Positions 52,046 through 63,694 are shown, counted from the first letter of the stretch. The stretch is DNA of 64,000 nucleotides from an uncultured Planctomycetales bacterium (GCA_964553225.1 CAZKJT010000002.1:389908-453907), one strand, 5' to 3'. Program-made: numbers and translations. The notes: generated by a model from the letters alone, not told the origin.

Positions 52046-53395
52046 TCATCGCCCGGCGCGGACCGCGACATTCCACAAGAACGCCGGGTCGGAACGGATT
52101 CGCAGACCCTCGAGCATCAATGCATCGCCGGCGCGCACGTTCTCCAGAACCAGTCCCAGGTCCGCCAGCGTGGGCACGTTGAAGCCGTCGATACGGAGCA
52201 CGACGTCGCCCGGGATGACGCCGGCGCGGTCGGCCGGACCGCCCGGAATCACCTGGTCCACCAAAAACCCGATCTCCTCCGACAGGCCGTAGCGACGCCG
52301 CGTCTCGGCGCTGAATTCGGCCGGCGCGACGCCGAGGATGCGCCGGGACAAGGCATCGGCGTCCGGCAGGGGGATCGGCGCGAGCTCGATCGTGGCCTGG
52401 CGTTCGCTGACGCCGCGCCGATAGCTCAGGTTCACCGTTTGCGACGGGCGCGCGCCGAGCAAGTGCACGTAGTAGTCGATCGTATCGCGCAGCGGCGCGC
52501 CGTCGAACTTCGTCAGCCGATCACCCGGCGCGAGGCCGGAGAGCGCCGCCGGGCTCTGCGGCTCGACCGAGATCACGGACGCGTCCGGTCCGCCGACCCG
52601 CAGGCCGAATCGGACGCGTTCGCGCCGCTCAATGTCGAGCATCGCCGGCAGCAGCTCCCAGACGCGGTTCACGGGAATGGCAAAGCCAACGTTCTGTGCG
52701 TCGCCGCGGATCGCGGTCGTGATGCCGATCAGCTCGGCGTTGATGTTCAGCAGCGGACCGCCTGAATTGCCGGGGTTGATGGCCGCATCCGTCTGGATCA
52801 GCCCGCGGTACGCGACGTCCGGCGAGAATTCCAGTTCGCGGTCCAGCGCGCTGACGATTCCCGAAGTGACGGTGTGCTGGTATCCGAGCGGGTTGCCGAT
52901 GGCGACGACCGTTTCGCCCACCAGGACGTCATCGCTGCGGCCGATACGGATCGAGGCCAGGGGCGTCGGAGCGTCCACCTTGAGAAACGCCAGGTCGAAC
53001 TCCGGCTTCACGGCCACCACCTGCCCCGGCAGCTCGCGCTGGTCGGCGAAGATCACGGAGATGTCCGAAGTCTGCGCGACGACGTGCGCGTTCGTGAGGA
53101 TGTAACCGGACTCGTGGACGATCACGCCCGATCCGACGCTCTGCACGCGGCGCTCGACCGTTCGCGGGCGACCGCCGCCGAATATTTCGTCGAACAGGGA
53201 CGTGGATTGCAGAAACCGGGCGCGCTGCACGCGCGTCGTGGCGATGTTGACGACCGAGTCCCGGCATTTCTCGAACACTTCGACGACCGGCGAACGCCGC
53301 AGCAGTCGCCGCTCTTGCCCGTCCTGTCCCAGGGCGACGTCGGCGCTGACGCCCCAGGTCAGCAGGAGGAGAATTCCGTTCCGCGCGCTACGCAT
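52046..53395 (-). CDS. htrA: HtrA/DegP-family periplasmic serine protease with two PDZ domains
   Basis: Catalytic triad context: TNAHVV (His), DLAFLKV (Asp), GNSGGPL (Ser). Two PDZ-like C-terminal repeats. Confidence 0.9.
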   Translation of the reverse strand: MRSARNGILLLLTWGVSADVALGQDGQERRLLRRSPVVEVFEKCRDSVVNIATTRVQRARFLQSTSLFDEIFGGGRPRTVERRVQSVGSGVIVHESGYILTNAHVVAQTSDISVIFADQRELPGQVVAVKPEFDLAFLKVDAPTPLASIRIGRSDDVLVGETVVAIGNPLGYQHTVTSGIVSALDRELEFSPDVAYRGLIQTDAAINPGNSGGPLLNINAELIGITTAIRGDAQNVGFAIPVNRVWELLPAMLDIERRERVRFGLRVGGPDASVISVEPQSPAALSGLAPGDRLTKFDGAPLRDTIDYYVHLLGARPSQTVNLSYRRGVSERQATIELAPIPLPDADALSRRILGVAPAEFSAETRRRYGLSEEIGFLVDQVIPGGPADRAGVIPGDVVLRIDGFNVPTLADLGLVLENVRAGDALMLEGLRIRSDPAFLWNVAVRAGR

Positions 53396-53589
53396 TCATC
53401 CGGCTCCTTCATCGGTTCTCCGAGCACTCCAGACGGCGCGAAACGACGGCCGCTGTCACGTTTTGCCCGCTCCGGACGCCGGGCGAGCCCGGGGCCGGTT
53501 CGCCCGCTTGTCCGATCGCCTCGTTGGGATGATACTATCGGGTTCGGCCGGTGACGCATGACGCCGGCGGCGCATTCGGAGACGCGTGG

Positions 53590-54321
53590 ATGGGAGCAAC
53601 GCTCCAAGCCCTGTTGAGATTGCAGGAAATCGAGCTTCAGCTCGTGGACATTCGACGGGAGATCGACCGCAAGAATCGGCAGGTCGGCACACAGTCCGGA
53701 CGGCTTCAGAGCGCCGAGAAAGACGTGGCGGCCCGCAAAGAGCAGCTTCGGCGTCAGCAGTTGCAGTTCAACGAGCTCGACGCCGAGATCAAGGCCCGCA
53801 GCGCGCACATCGACAAGCTTCGCCAGCAGCTCAACACCGTCCGCACGAACAAGGAATACGCGGCGCTGCTGTCGCAGATGAATAACGAGAAGGCCGATCT
53901 CAGCAAGCTCGAAACCCGCACGCTCGAAATCATGGAAGAGCTCGAAGCGCGCAAGCGGGACGTCTCGGCGATGGAGGACGTGCAGAACAGCGAATCGGCC
54001 CGCCTCCAGGAGCTGCGCGCCCAGAGCGGGCAGACGAGCGACACGCTCTCGGTCCGCCTGGAACGCCTCGAACGGCAGCGCGGCGAGGCGGCCGCGGCGA
54101 TCGATCCGCGCGTCATGGACCAGTTCAACCGGCTGAGCCAGCGCTACGACGGGCAGGCCCTGGCCGAGCTGACGCCGACCGATCCGCGCGAGACCGAGTA
54201 CATCTGCGGCGGCTGCTTCATGGCCAAGCGAGCCGATATCCTCAATGCTCTCCGGCTTCGCGACGAGATCGTCCCCTGCAAGTCGTGCGGACGCATCCTC
54301 TACCTGCGGCCGCGAGCCTGA
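53590..54321 (+). CDS. coiled-coil protein with C-terminal C4 zinc ribbon (DUF164/zf-RING_7-like)
   Basis: Long heptad coiled coil, then CGGCFM...(24 aa)...CKSCGRIL. Homologues commonly sit next to RNase HI-like genes (e.g. the Rv2229c/Rv2228c pair in mycobacteria). Confidence 0.7.
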   Translation: MGATLQALLRLQEIELQLVDIRREIDRKNRQVGTQSGRLQSAEKDVAARKEQLRRQQLQFNELDAEIKARSAHIDKLRQQLNTVRTNKEYAALLSQMNNEKADLSKLETRTLEIMEELEARKRDVSAMEDVQNSESARLQELRAQSGQTSDTLSVRLERLERQRGEAAAAIDPRVMDQFNRLSQRYDGQALAELTPTDPRETEYICGGCFMAKRADILNALRLRDEIVPCKSCGRILYLRPRA

Positions 54322-54333
54322 CCGAAGGCGCCG

Positions 54334-55125
54334 GTGGGACTCATCATCCATGTCGATGGCGGTTCGCGCGGCAACCCGGGTCCGGCCGGCGCGGGCGTGG
54401 TCATTGCCGACGAGCATGGACGGCGCGTGCACGAAGGCGCGTACTTCTATGCGCGCCTGACCAACAACGAGGCCGAATACCACGCGCTGGTCCGTGCGCT
54501 GGAGCGCGTCGAGCGACTGGCGGACGAGCCGGTCCTGATCCGCTCGGACAGCGAGCTTCTCGTGCGGCAGCTCACCGGCGAGTACCAGGTGAAGAGCCCG
54601 CGGCTGTTGCCCCTCGTGCACCGCGTGCAGTCGCTGCTCATCCGCCGCCCGCGCTGGTCCATCGAACACGTTCCGCGCGAACGAAACCGCCGCGCGGACG
54701 AGCTGGCGAATCTCGCCATGGATCGCGCGGAGGACGTGATCGTCTTCGACGACGACGGCGCATCGCCGCCGCCTCCCTCACCCGATCCGGCCGGACCCGC
54801 TTCGCCGGACGCCGGTGCTTCCCCGGCCGCACGATCCGATTCCGGCAAGCGCGTGCACGTCTCGGTTCACAACGCGCCCGCCAGGAAGCGCTGCGCCGCC
54901 GGCGGATGCGGTTTCGAGGCCATGAGCGTCGGCCATACGCTTCCCGCTGGCGTGTGCATCTACGCCGCGCACGCGTTGCTGCCGACGCTCATTGCGTTTC
55001 AGGGCATGGAGAGCGGCGAATTGCACGTCGCGCCGACGCTCACGGTCCGATGCGCGCGGACGGGCTGTGACGCTGTGTTTCACGTGGATGGCGCGCCCTC
55101 GCACAACGGGCGACCGCAGAAGTAG
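54334..55125 (+). CDS. rnhA: RNase H (type 1, RNase_H-like) with about 110-aa Cys-rich C-terminal extension
   Basis: IHVDGGSRGNPGPAGAGVV...TNNEAEYHALVRAL...SDSELLVRQLTG carries the DEDD catalytic residues. The C-terminal tail has CAAGGCGF...C...RCARTGC. Confidence 0.8.
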   Translation: MGLIIHVDGGSRGNPGPAGAGVVIADEHGRRVHEGAYFYARLTNNEAEYHALVRALERVERLADEPVLIRSDSELLVRQLTGEYQVKSPRLLPLVHRVQSLLIRRPRWSIEHVPRERNRRADELANLAMDRAEDVIVFDDDGASPPPPSPDPAGPASPDAGASPAARSDSGKRVHVSVHNAPARKRCAAGGCGFEAMSVGHTLPAGVCIYAAHALLPTLIAFQGMESGELHVAPTLTVRCARTGCDAVFHVDGAPSHNGRPQK

Positions 55126-55273
55126 ATCGCATCCAGCGTCGCTTGCGGAGCGGGCGCCGTGCCGGCGCTGCGCATTCGGCGGTATCGGCAGACTCGCCTA
55201 GCTCGGGCAGCGGTGCGGTCTGCGCAGTAGCGGGGAGCGAGGGCGTGTGGCTCGCGCGTTCGAACGGCGCCCG

Positions 55274-55936
55274 CTACGCGCTCCACCCCTGCGATCCCAA
55301 GAGCTTTACGAACCGGCAGGGCAGCACGGTCTCTCGCGTCAGGCCGCTGACACCCCGTTCGACCACCAGCAGCGACTGATCGCCGACCGGACCGATGGGA
55401 ACGACGAGCTTCGCCCCGACCGCAAGTTGCCGCGTGAGCGCGTCAGGCACATCCGGCGCGCCGGCCGTCACGAGAATGCCGTCGAACGGCGCCTGCTCGG
55501 CCCACCCGAGCGATCCGTCCCCGCAGCGGAACCGCACGTTTGCGGCGCCCAGCGCGCGGAGCCGTTCGCAGGCCGCAACCATGAGCGGCAGGTGCCACTC
55601 GATCGTGTAGACCTCGCCGGCAAGGCGCGACAGGACGGCGGTCTGGTATCCGGTGCCCGTGCCGATCTCGAGCGCTCGCCCGCCCGGCGGCAGCGCCAGC
55701 AGCTCGGTCATCCGCGCCACGATGTACGGCTGCGAGATCGTCTGTCCGCAGTCGATCGGCAGGGCGCTGTCGGAATAGGCTTCGTCGGCGCGCTCGTCCG
55801 GAACGAAGCGCTCGCGCGGGACGGCCCGCATCGCCGCCAGCACGTCGATCGCTCGGACGCCGCGGACGGCGATCTGGCGCTCGACCATCTCCAGGCGCTC
55901 GGCCGATCGGTCGGGTTGGTAGGCATGCGCCTTCAT
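55274..55936 (-). CDS. pcm: protein-L-isoaspartate O-methyltransferase
   Basis: SQPYIVARMTELL, LEIGTGTGYQTAVLS (SAM motif I), ...ILVTAGAP... are PCMT motifs. Confidence 0.9.
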   Translation of the reverse strand: MKAHAYQPDRSAERLEMVERQIAVRGVRAIDVLAAMRAVPRERFVPDERADEAYSDSALPIDCGQTISQPYIVARMTELLALPPGGRALEIGTGTGYQTAVLSRLAGEVYTIEWHLPLMVAACERLRALGAANVRFRCGDGSLGWAEQAPFDGILVTAGAPDVPDALTRQLAVGAKLVVPIGPVGDQSLLVVERGVSGLTRETVLPCRFVKLLGSQGWSA

Positions 55937-55952
55937 GCGGTACTATTCTATC

Positions 55953-56765
55953 ATGCCAGAATCTATTCACATTGGCACGTCGGGTTGGAGCTATGACGAC
56001 TGGGTCGGACCGTTCTATCCGGCCGGCGTGAGGAAGTCCGACTATCTCGAACACTACAGCCGCGCGTTCCAGGTCGTCGAAGTCGACAGCACCTACTACC
56101 GGCCGCCGTCCGTCGGCCAGGTGCGCGCGTGGGCGGACCGCACTCCGGCGGGCTTCAAGTTCGCGCTCAAGGCGCCCGGCCTGATCACGCGCGAAAAAGC
56201 GCTGCTGGACTGCGAGGCGGAGATGCAGGGTCTGGTGGACGCGCTCGCGCCGCTGGGATCCAAGCTCATCTGCGTTCTGTTGCAGTTCAGCTACTTCAAT
56301 CGCAGCGCGTTTGCGTCGGTGCGTCCGTTCCTCGAGCGCCTGTCCGCGTTTCTGGCGCGCTTCGCCGGCGCCGTGCCGCTCGCCGTGGAGATCCGCAACA
56401 AGAACTGGCTGACGCGCGACTACTTCGAGCTCCTCCGTTCGCACGCCGCCGCGGCCGCCCTGGTCGAGCATGCCTGGCTGCCGCCGCTGAACCAGGTCGC
56501 GGCCAATCTGGACGTCGTCACCGCGCCGTTCTCCTACGTCCGGCTCATCGGCGATCGCGAGGAGATCGAGCGCGTCACAACGACCTGGGAGAAGCCCGTG
56601 ATCGATCGCGAGGCCGACCTGGCGCGCGTGGCGAGCGCGATCCGGACGATCGCCGCCCGCGTCCCCGTCTACACGTTCGTCAACAACCACTACGCCGGCC
56701 ATGGTCCGGACACGTGTCGTCGGCTGCGCGAAAGGCTGGACGCGGCCTCCGACGCGTCGGCGTAA
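55953..56765 (+). CDS. DUF72-family protein (YecE-like)
   Basis: IHIGTSGWSYDDWVGPFYP...YSRAFQVVEVDSTYYR is the DUF72 N-terminal signature. An alternative ATG at 55935 would overlap the pcm start codon. Confidence 0.8.
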   Translation: MPESIHIGTSGWSYDDWVGPFYPAGVRKSDYLEHYSRAFQVVEVDSTYYRPPSVGQVRAWADRTPAGFKFALKAPGLITREKALLDCEAEMQGLVDALAPLGSKLICVLLQFSYFNRSAFASVRPFLERLSAFLARFAGAVPLAVEIRNKNWLTRDYFELLRSHAAAAALVEHAWLPPLNQVAANLDVVTAPFSYVRLIGDREEIERVTTTWEKPVIDREADLARVASAIRTIAARVPVYTFVNNHYAGHGPDTCRRLRERLDAASDASA

Positions 56766-56983
56766 GCGCGGCCACGCGGTCGGCGCGCATCAATCGGCTT
56801 GCGCGTCCGCGGCCTCGCATGAAGCTCCGCGAAGCGTCTCGCCGGTGTATACTCCCGGTCATCCAGCCCCGCCGTCGTAGCCGGCGCCGCGCTACCGGGG
56901 CGCCAGGCGAGCAAACGACCGATCGCGCTCCCGCGGCGCCTCGGGCGGACGGAGGCGGTCGCGACAGGATTCGCGCGCAACGC

Positions 56984-58780
<1,797 letters not shown>

Positions 58781-58996
58781 GGCGGCTGGCGCCGACGGAC
58801 CCCCGCGCGGGCCGTGCAAATTCTAGCGCGTGCTGGATCCCATCCAAAATGGGGGCGACCAAGATCGCGTGCTTCGCGCGAGCCTCCTCAGCGGACGCCG
58901 CCCCGTTTTTCGTTGCAACCCCGGGTCGCACAGCTACGATGCCCGTCGGTGACCGAAACCCCAGCGCACTTTCAGCACAAGAACCGGGAGACTCCC

Positions 58997-59797
58997 ATGC
59001 GCAACCGTACTGCCCCTGCCGCCGCACTGCTGTGCCTTCTTCTCGCGGCCGCTCCGGCGCTGGCCGCCACCGTCACGCTGGTCGAGCTGACCGACTTCCG
59101 CCGCGTCCGTCCGCAGCCCACCGAAGCGGAAAAAATGGGGTTCATGATCGGCGATCGCCCCGGACTCAAGCTGGTGCTGGAAATCAAGGGCGAAGACGTC
59201 GAGAAGGCCGGCGCCTACGGCATGCTGAAGATCGAATCCGCCAGCGACGATGCCGGCGGCGAGCTGAAGTTCGACGAGCATGGCATCGGCATGAACGAGT
59301 TCCACGAGGAATTCGTCAAGATCGACCGCGGAATGATGTACATGGGCGAGGAGAATCCGCCGAAAGACGCGATTCGCATCGAACTGCCCTTCGAATCGCC
59401 ACCCCGTGCCGCAAAGGCCATCTCCATCCGCGCCACGCTCCAGCTGAAGAAAATCGAAACGATGGAAGTCGTCGTGCCGGCCGCGCTCGGCGAGGTCAAG
59501 CACGAAGAACTCGAGAAGCGCGGCCTGACGTTCGCCGTGACGAAGCCGGACATGGAAGGCTTCGCCTACCAGGCGGGCGGCAAGCTCGCAGCGCTGCACG
59601 ATGTCCGCATGGTCGACGCCGACGGCAAGGAGATCGAGTCCCAGGGCTCGTCCAGCTATGGCGATGGAGAGACCGTGAGCCGCGAGGTGTGGCTGGCCTC
59701 CGCGCCGCCCGCCGACGCGAAGCTCAAGCTGTTGCTGGTGATCAAGGAGGAAGACGCCCCGGTCGCAATCGAGCTGAAAGACCTGGCTCTGCCGTAG
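58997..59797 (+). CDS. hypothetical secreted protein
   Basis: Signal peptide MRNRTAPAAALLCLLLAAAPALA. 266 aa, mixed-charge, with normal composition. Confidence 0.5.
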   Translation: MRNRTAPAAALLCLLLAAAPALAATVTLVELTDFRRVRPQPTEAEKMGFMIGDRPGLKLVLEIKGEDVEKAGAYGMLKIESASDDAGGELKFDEHGIGMNEFHEEFVKIDRGMMYMGEENPPKDAIRIELPFESPPRAAKAISIRATLQLKKIETMEVVVPAALGEVKHEELEKRGLTFAVTKPDMEGFAYQAGGKLAALHDVRMVDADGKEIESQGSSSYGDGETVSREVWLASAPPADAKLKLLLVIKEEDAPVAIELKDLALP

Positions 59798-59831
59798 TCG
59801 CGAGGCCGTCCAGCGGCGGCTACGAGCGAAC

Positions 59832-59912
59832 GGACCGCTCACCCCGTCGCACCGGCGGCCCTTTGGTGTCGCGCCGGCGCTCTCGGCCGAGCCGCGACCG
59901 TCAGGAGCGGTC
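59832..59912. repeat. intergenic inverted-repeat element copy C (reverse orientation)
   Basis: The reverse complement of 59886-59912 is ggaccgctcctgacggtcgcggctcgg, matching the core of copies A and B. The partner arm ggaccgctcaccccgtcgc at 59832-59850 gives an imperfect hairpin. Lies between convergent genes. Confidence 0.65.
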
Positions 59913-60083
59913 CTCATCGATCATCCAGTAGCGGCGGCCGTCCGTCGCCGACGATGCGTGAAATCCCCGCGAAAGTGCCGTCAGCTACGGAGGGCCGGCG
60001 CTACAGATTCGCCTCTTCAGCGGGCTGACGGGCTGTGCTTACGCCTGCGAAGCCCAACATCCCCCACTACGGACACCCCAGCA

Positions 60084-61652
60084 CTACGGACACGCCAAGC
60101 CGAACTGGCTCAGAAGCCCCGAGAGGTCGGCCAGGTCCACGTCGCCGTCGCCGTCCAGGTCGCCGTCGGGCAGCGCCATGCCCGACGGCGGCCCGAAATT
60201 CGTCAACAGCGCGCTCAGGTCGGCCAGGTCGATCATCCCGCTGTCGTCGAGATCGGGCGCGCAGTCGCTCGCCTCGCACTCGTCCGGCCAGCCGTTGCCG
60301 TTCGCGTCGGCCGAGCTGCCCTCGGCGATGTCCACGCTGTCGCAGCGGTCGTTGGCGTTGCAGTCGCGGCCGGCGAGGTCGAAGAGGTACGCCGCTCCGG
60401 ATTCGTTACCGAAGTCATCGTCGCCGTAGGCCCCGATAACCGCGGTGGCCCCGTCCAACGCGAGGGCCGAGCCGAATCGGTCGCCCTCGGCGTAATCCGA
60501 CGCGTAGAGCTTGGTGTGTTGCGTCCAGGCGCCGTCGTCGCCGCGCTTGAAGACGTAGACGGAGCCGATGTCGTCTTCCTGGAACTGCGTGTCGAGCGCG
60601 GCGCCGATCAGCGCGGTCGTCCCATCCACGGCGACGCTCCAACCGAAGGCGTCGCCCACTCGTCCATCGCTGGCCGTAATCTTCTGTGTCTCCGCCCAGC
60701 GATCGTCCGTTCCCCGTTCAAACACGTAGACTGCGCCGGCGTGGTGCTCCTTGCCGTGTGCTTGAGTTGCGGAGATCAGCGCCGTGGTGCCGTTCGTTGC
60801 CACCCAGCCTCCAAAGCCTTGCAGTCCGCCGCCATCGGACGCGAGCAGCTTGGCGACTTCCACCCAACCGCCCGAATTGTTCCTTTCGAAGATGTACGCC
60901 GAACCGCTGGCCGTGCCCAGGTCGTCGTCGACCGGCGCGCCGACTACGAGCACGCCGCCGCGCAGAGCGACGTCCCGCCCAAACTCATTGCCGGCTTCGC
61001 CGTCGCTGGGAGTCAACTTTGCCGTCTGAACCCATATCCCGTCCGCGTCACGCTCGAACACGTACACCGATCCCGAGTACGGACCATCCTCGTCGTCGTG
61101 CGACGCCGAAATGATGGCCGTGCCGTCGTCGAGCGATACGGCGTAGCCGAAGAGGTCATACTCGTCGGCGTCGCTCGCATGGAGCAGCTGCGTCTGACGC
61201 CAGATTCCTCCTATCTTCTGGAAGACGTAAGCTGAACCAGAGTAGACTTCAATGAGATTGGTGTATGGCGTCCCAACGATGACGACGTTTGCATCGACAG
61301 CCACGGAATAACCAAACAGATCGAACGCCGCTGCTCCAGCCGGGACAAGCGTCGCCTCCAGCGCCCATACGTTGTCGCGCCTTGTGAAGACGTACGTGGC
61401 GCCAGAATTGGTTCCCTGGAAATCCGATCCCTTGGCGCCGATCGCGAGGGTGCTGTCCACGACATCAAGCGACTTACCGAAATTGACTCCCGGTCCCGGC
61501 GTTCCGGCCGACAGCCGCTGCGCTTCGCACTGCGCGCGGCTCGCTTGCGCCGTCACAAACACTGCCGCGAGCACACCCCATAGATAGGTGTGCGGCACAG
61601 AGCGCGCCGTGCGATCGAACGCGCATGCAGATCCACGTGAGTGCGCGTGCAT
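60084..61652 (-). CDS. secreted FG-GAP/integrin-alpha-like beta-propeller repeat protein with C-terminal dockerin-like double Ca-binding repeat
   Basis: At least 6 repeats of ...FGxSVAxDG...GxPxxD...SGSAYVFxR. The C-terminus is DLDDSGMIDLADLSALLTNFG...DGDLDGDGDVDLADLSGLLSQFG (dockerin type-I-like). The exact start is uncertain, since the hydrophobic segment begins around residue 38 of the track ORF. Confidence 0.7.
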   Translation of the reverse strand: MHAHSRGSACAFDRTARSVPHTYLWGVLAAVFVTAQASRAQCEAQRLSAGTPGPGVNFGKSLDVVDSTLAIGAKGSDFQGTNSGATYVFTRRDNVWALEATLVPAGAAAFDLFGYSVAVDANVVIVGTPYTNLIEVYSGSAYVFQKIGGIWRQTQLLHASDADEYDLFGYAVSLDDGTAIISASHDDEDGPYSGSVYVFERDADGIWVQTAKLTPSDGEAGNEFGRDVALRGGVLVVGAPVDDDLGTASGSAYIFERNNSGGWVEVAKLLASDGGGLQGFGGWVATNGTTALISATQAHGKEHHAGAVYVFERGTDDRWAETQKITASDGRVGDAFGWSVAVDGTTALIGAALDTQFQEDDIGSVYVFKRGDDGAWTQHTKLYASDYAEGDRFGSALALDGATAVIGAYGDDDFGNESGAAYLFDLAGRDCNANDRCDSVDIAEGSSADANGNGWPDECEASDCAPDLDDSGMIDLADLSALLTNFGPPSGMALPDGDLDGDGDVDLADLSGLLSQFGLACP

Positions 61653-61782
61653 AGTGAGGATACTCCTGAAGAGCCTATGGGCTCTCCGTCCAAACCACAC
61701 GAGTGGCAGCAATCACCGAGTCAGTCGCGTGTGGATCGTTCGGGTCCGTTCCGGTATACGTGCAGAGCATGTTGTCTCCGTA

Positions 61783-63162
61783 TCAGCAGATGCCGTTGTA
61801 CTCATGCGGGTCTACGTTGTAGACGGTCTGATCCAGCGCCGTGAAGTCGGGATCGGCTTCCATGCGCAGGTTTCGGCCTGCGTCCTGAAAGTCAACATCA
61901 TCCGGCGGACACCAGGCCAAGTACATATTGTACTTTCCGAGCGACGCCGAGTCATCCTGTTCAAAATCCCGGTCATCATAAAAGACAATGTTCACATAAC
62001 CTGCGGAATCGCCCGTCACTGTGGGAATGAACTGGTCATGCTCCGCGTCGTTAGGATCGTCGTTGTTCACCCGAATTCGTGCGCTGCTGTACCAGTTGCC
62101 ACCCAGGCGGTCCAGGGTGCGCAGGTAGACATCGACGTCGCTGCTCCCCGATCCGCCGGCGGACACCGTGTCGTAATAGACGAGGTACATGCGCGCAGAA
62201 TCGGTCGGATCGATTGCGAGCTGCGGCACCATCTTTCCGACGACGCTGCCCGGCAAGACGTCGTCCGAACCCGAGAAGACGGTGCGATGCACGGGAATGC
62301 GCAACGGCATGGGAACGACGGGCCCGTCCGGTTGGTCCGCTTCGATGGCGCCGGTTGCCTGCATCCAGCGCACGCCGACATCCGAGGGGTCGCACGGATC
62401 GTAGTTGTTGGGGTCGAGCGGGTCGATATCAGCCCCCTCGTACAATAAGACGTTCTCGCCATTCGCGTCGAAGCACGTCAGATAGACCTTGCCAGTGTCA
62501 TGCACCGTGATCTGCGCGCCGAATGGTCCGCCCACCTGCGCCTTCGGATCGTCGCCAACGTACACGTTGTCGAATGCCCAGTGGGCGCCGCCATCAATGC
62601 TGCGCAAATACACGTACGATCCGCCCAGCATCGCCTGGGCAACGACATAGAACTCCTGTCGCTGCCCGGACATTTCGCCCGACACAATCCATGGCTTGTC
62701 CATTGCAGGAATGATCGGGTTGCCCGCCGCAATCGTGCTCCACGCGCTGAATGCACCATAGCCGTTTGGAGCGTTCGGATCCGGCGTAAAGCGGCTTGCG
62801 AGCAGTTCATGCCCGGTACGTGCAACAACAACGAATTCTCCGGTCACGGCGTTGAACGCGATGCACGGATCGTGCGCACTGCTCTCGCTCGCGTCCACTT
62901 CGCCTGTCGCGGTCCACTCCTGCAGGGCGAAATCGTACATCGTGAACTGCACGCCGACGCCTGAGGCATAGTAGGCACAAATCGCGTAATCACTGCCGGC
63001 GGCGATGGCCGGCTCCCAGATCTGCCCGTTCGCCGTCGGCCCGTAGGCTGCGACCGCGCGGGCATCGAGTTGCGGCGTCCGTGCGTTCGCCGTCCCCGCC
63101 ATCAGAATTCCCACGAAGAGCAGCGCATTCGCAGCAGTCCTGCTCCGACGCAGGATCGTCAT
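61783..63162 (-). CDS. secreted BNR/sialidase-like (six-bladed propeller) protein
   Basis: Signal peptide MTILRRSRTAANALLFVGILMAGTANA. Asp-box SIDGGAHW and a sialidase-like propeller composition. The upstream 760 nt of the track ORF is non-coding repeat sequence. Confidence 0.65.
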   Translation of the reverse strand: MTILRRSRTAANALLFVGILMAGTANARTPQLDARAVAAYGPTANGQIWEPAIAAGSDYAICAYYASGVGVQFTMYDFALQEWTATGEVDASESSAHDPCIAFNAVTGEFVVVARTGHELLASRFTPDPNAPNGYGAFSAWSTIAAGNPIIPAMDKPWIVSGEMSGQRQEFYVVAQAMLGGSYVYLRSIDGGAHWAFDNVYVGDDPKAQVGGPFGAQITVHDTGKVYLTCFDANGENVLLYEGADIDPLDPNNYDPCDPSDVGVRWMQATGAIEADQPDGPVVPMPLRIPVHRTVFSGSDDVLPGSVVGKMVPQLAIDPTDSARMYLVYYDTVSAGGSGSSDVDVYLRTLDRLGGNWYSSARIRVNNDDPNDAEHDQFIPTVTGDSAGYVNIVFYDDRDFEQDDSASLGKYNMYLAWCPPDDVDFQDAGRNLRMEADPDFTALDQTVYNVDPHEYNGIC

Positions 63163-63410
63163 CACGATGGCGGGACGCGTGCCGGCGAGAGCTCCGTCGG
63201 TCTGCATGCCCAGCGCGAGCCGCAGTCGGATGCCGCGCCATCGCGCTCCTGCGAACCAGCTCGGCCAGCGTGTGCCAACCGCTTCGCCCGACAGGCCGCA
63301 GACGCCGCCACTCCGCAGTCTACCCCGCGCGAAAGGGTTGGCCGCAAGCAAATTCGCTTTCGGCGAGCGAACGTCCGCCGCCGGAGGTTTCCAACTGGCA
63401 AACGGTTCGG

Positions 63411-63480
63411 CCGGAAATCTCACGCCCGACGCGCGGGCGCTGGTGCGCGAAATCGCTCTCGCCTCGCGGGCGCTGGTGCG
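63411..63480. repeat. 2 x 33-nt tandem direct repeat
   Basis: cgcgggcgctggtgcgcgaaatcgc.. repeated with a 33-nt period (cgcgggcgctggtgcgcgaattcgc second copy). Confidence 0.7.
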
Positions 63481-63631
63481 CGAATTCGCCCGCGCCTGCG
63501 CACTTTCGTGCAGCGACCCGCGCCGATCGGGGAATTTCACGAACGCTGAGACGAGCGCCGCGGGAGAGTGTGCGCGTGCAGACTTGCCGAGTGAGCGTGT
63601 GAGAGCGGGTGTGCGCGCAGTTCTGTCGCGC

Positions 63632-63694
63632 GAGAGAGAGAGAGAGAGAGAGAGTGAGTGAGTGAGAGAGAGAGAGAGAGTGAGTGTGTGTGTG
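63632..63694. repeat. compound microsatellite (GA)12-(GAGT)3-(GA)9-(GAGT)1-(GT)5
   Basis: Direct reading of gagagagagagagagagagagagagtgagtgagtgagagagagagagagagtgagtgtgtgtgtg. A homopurine/homopyrimidine mirror repeat that could form H-DNA. Confidence 0.9.
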
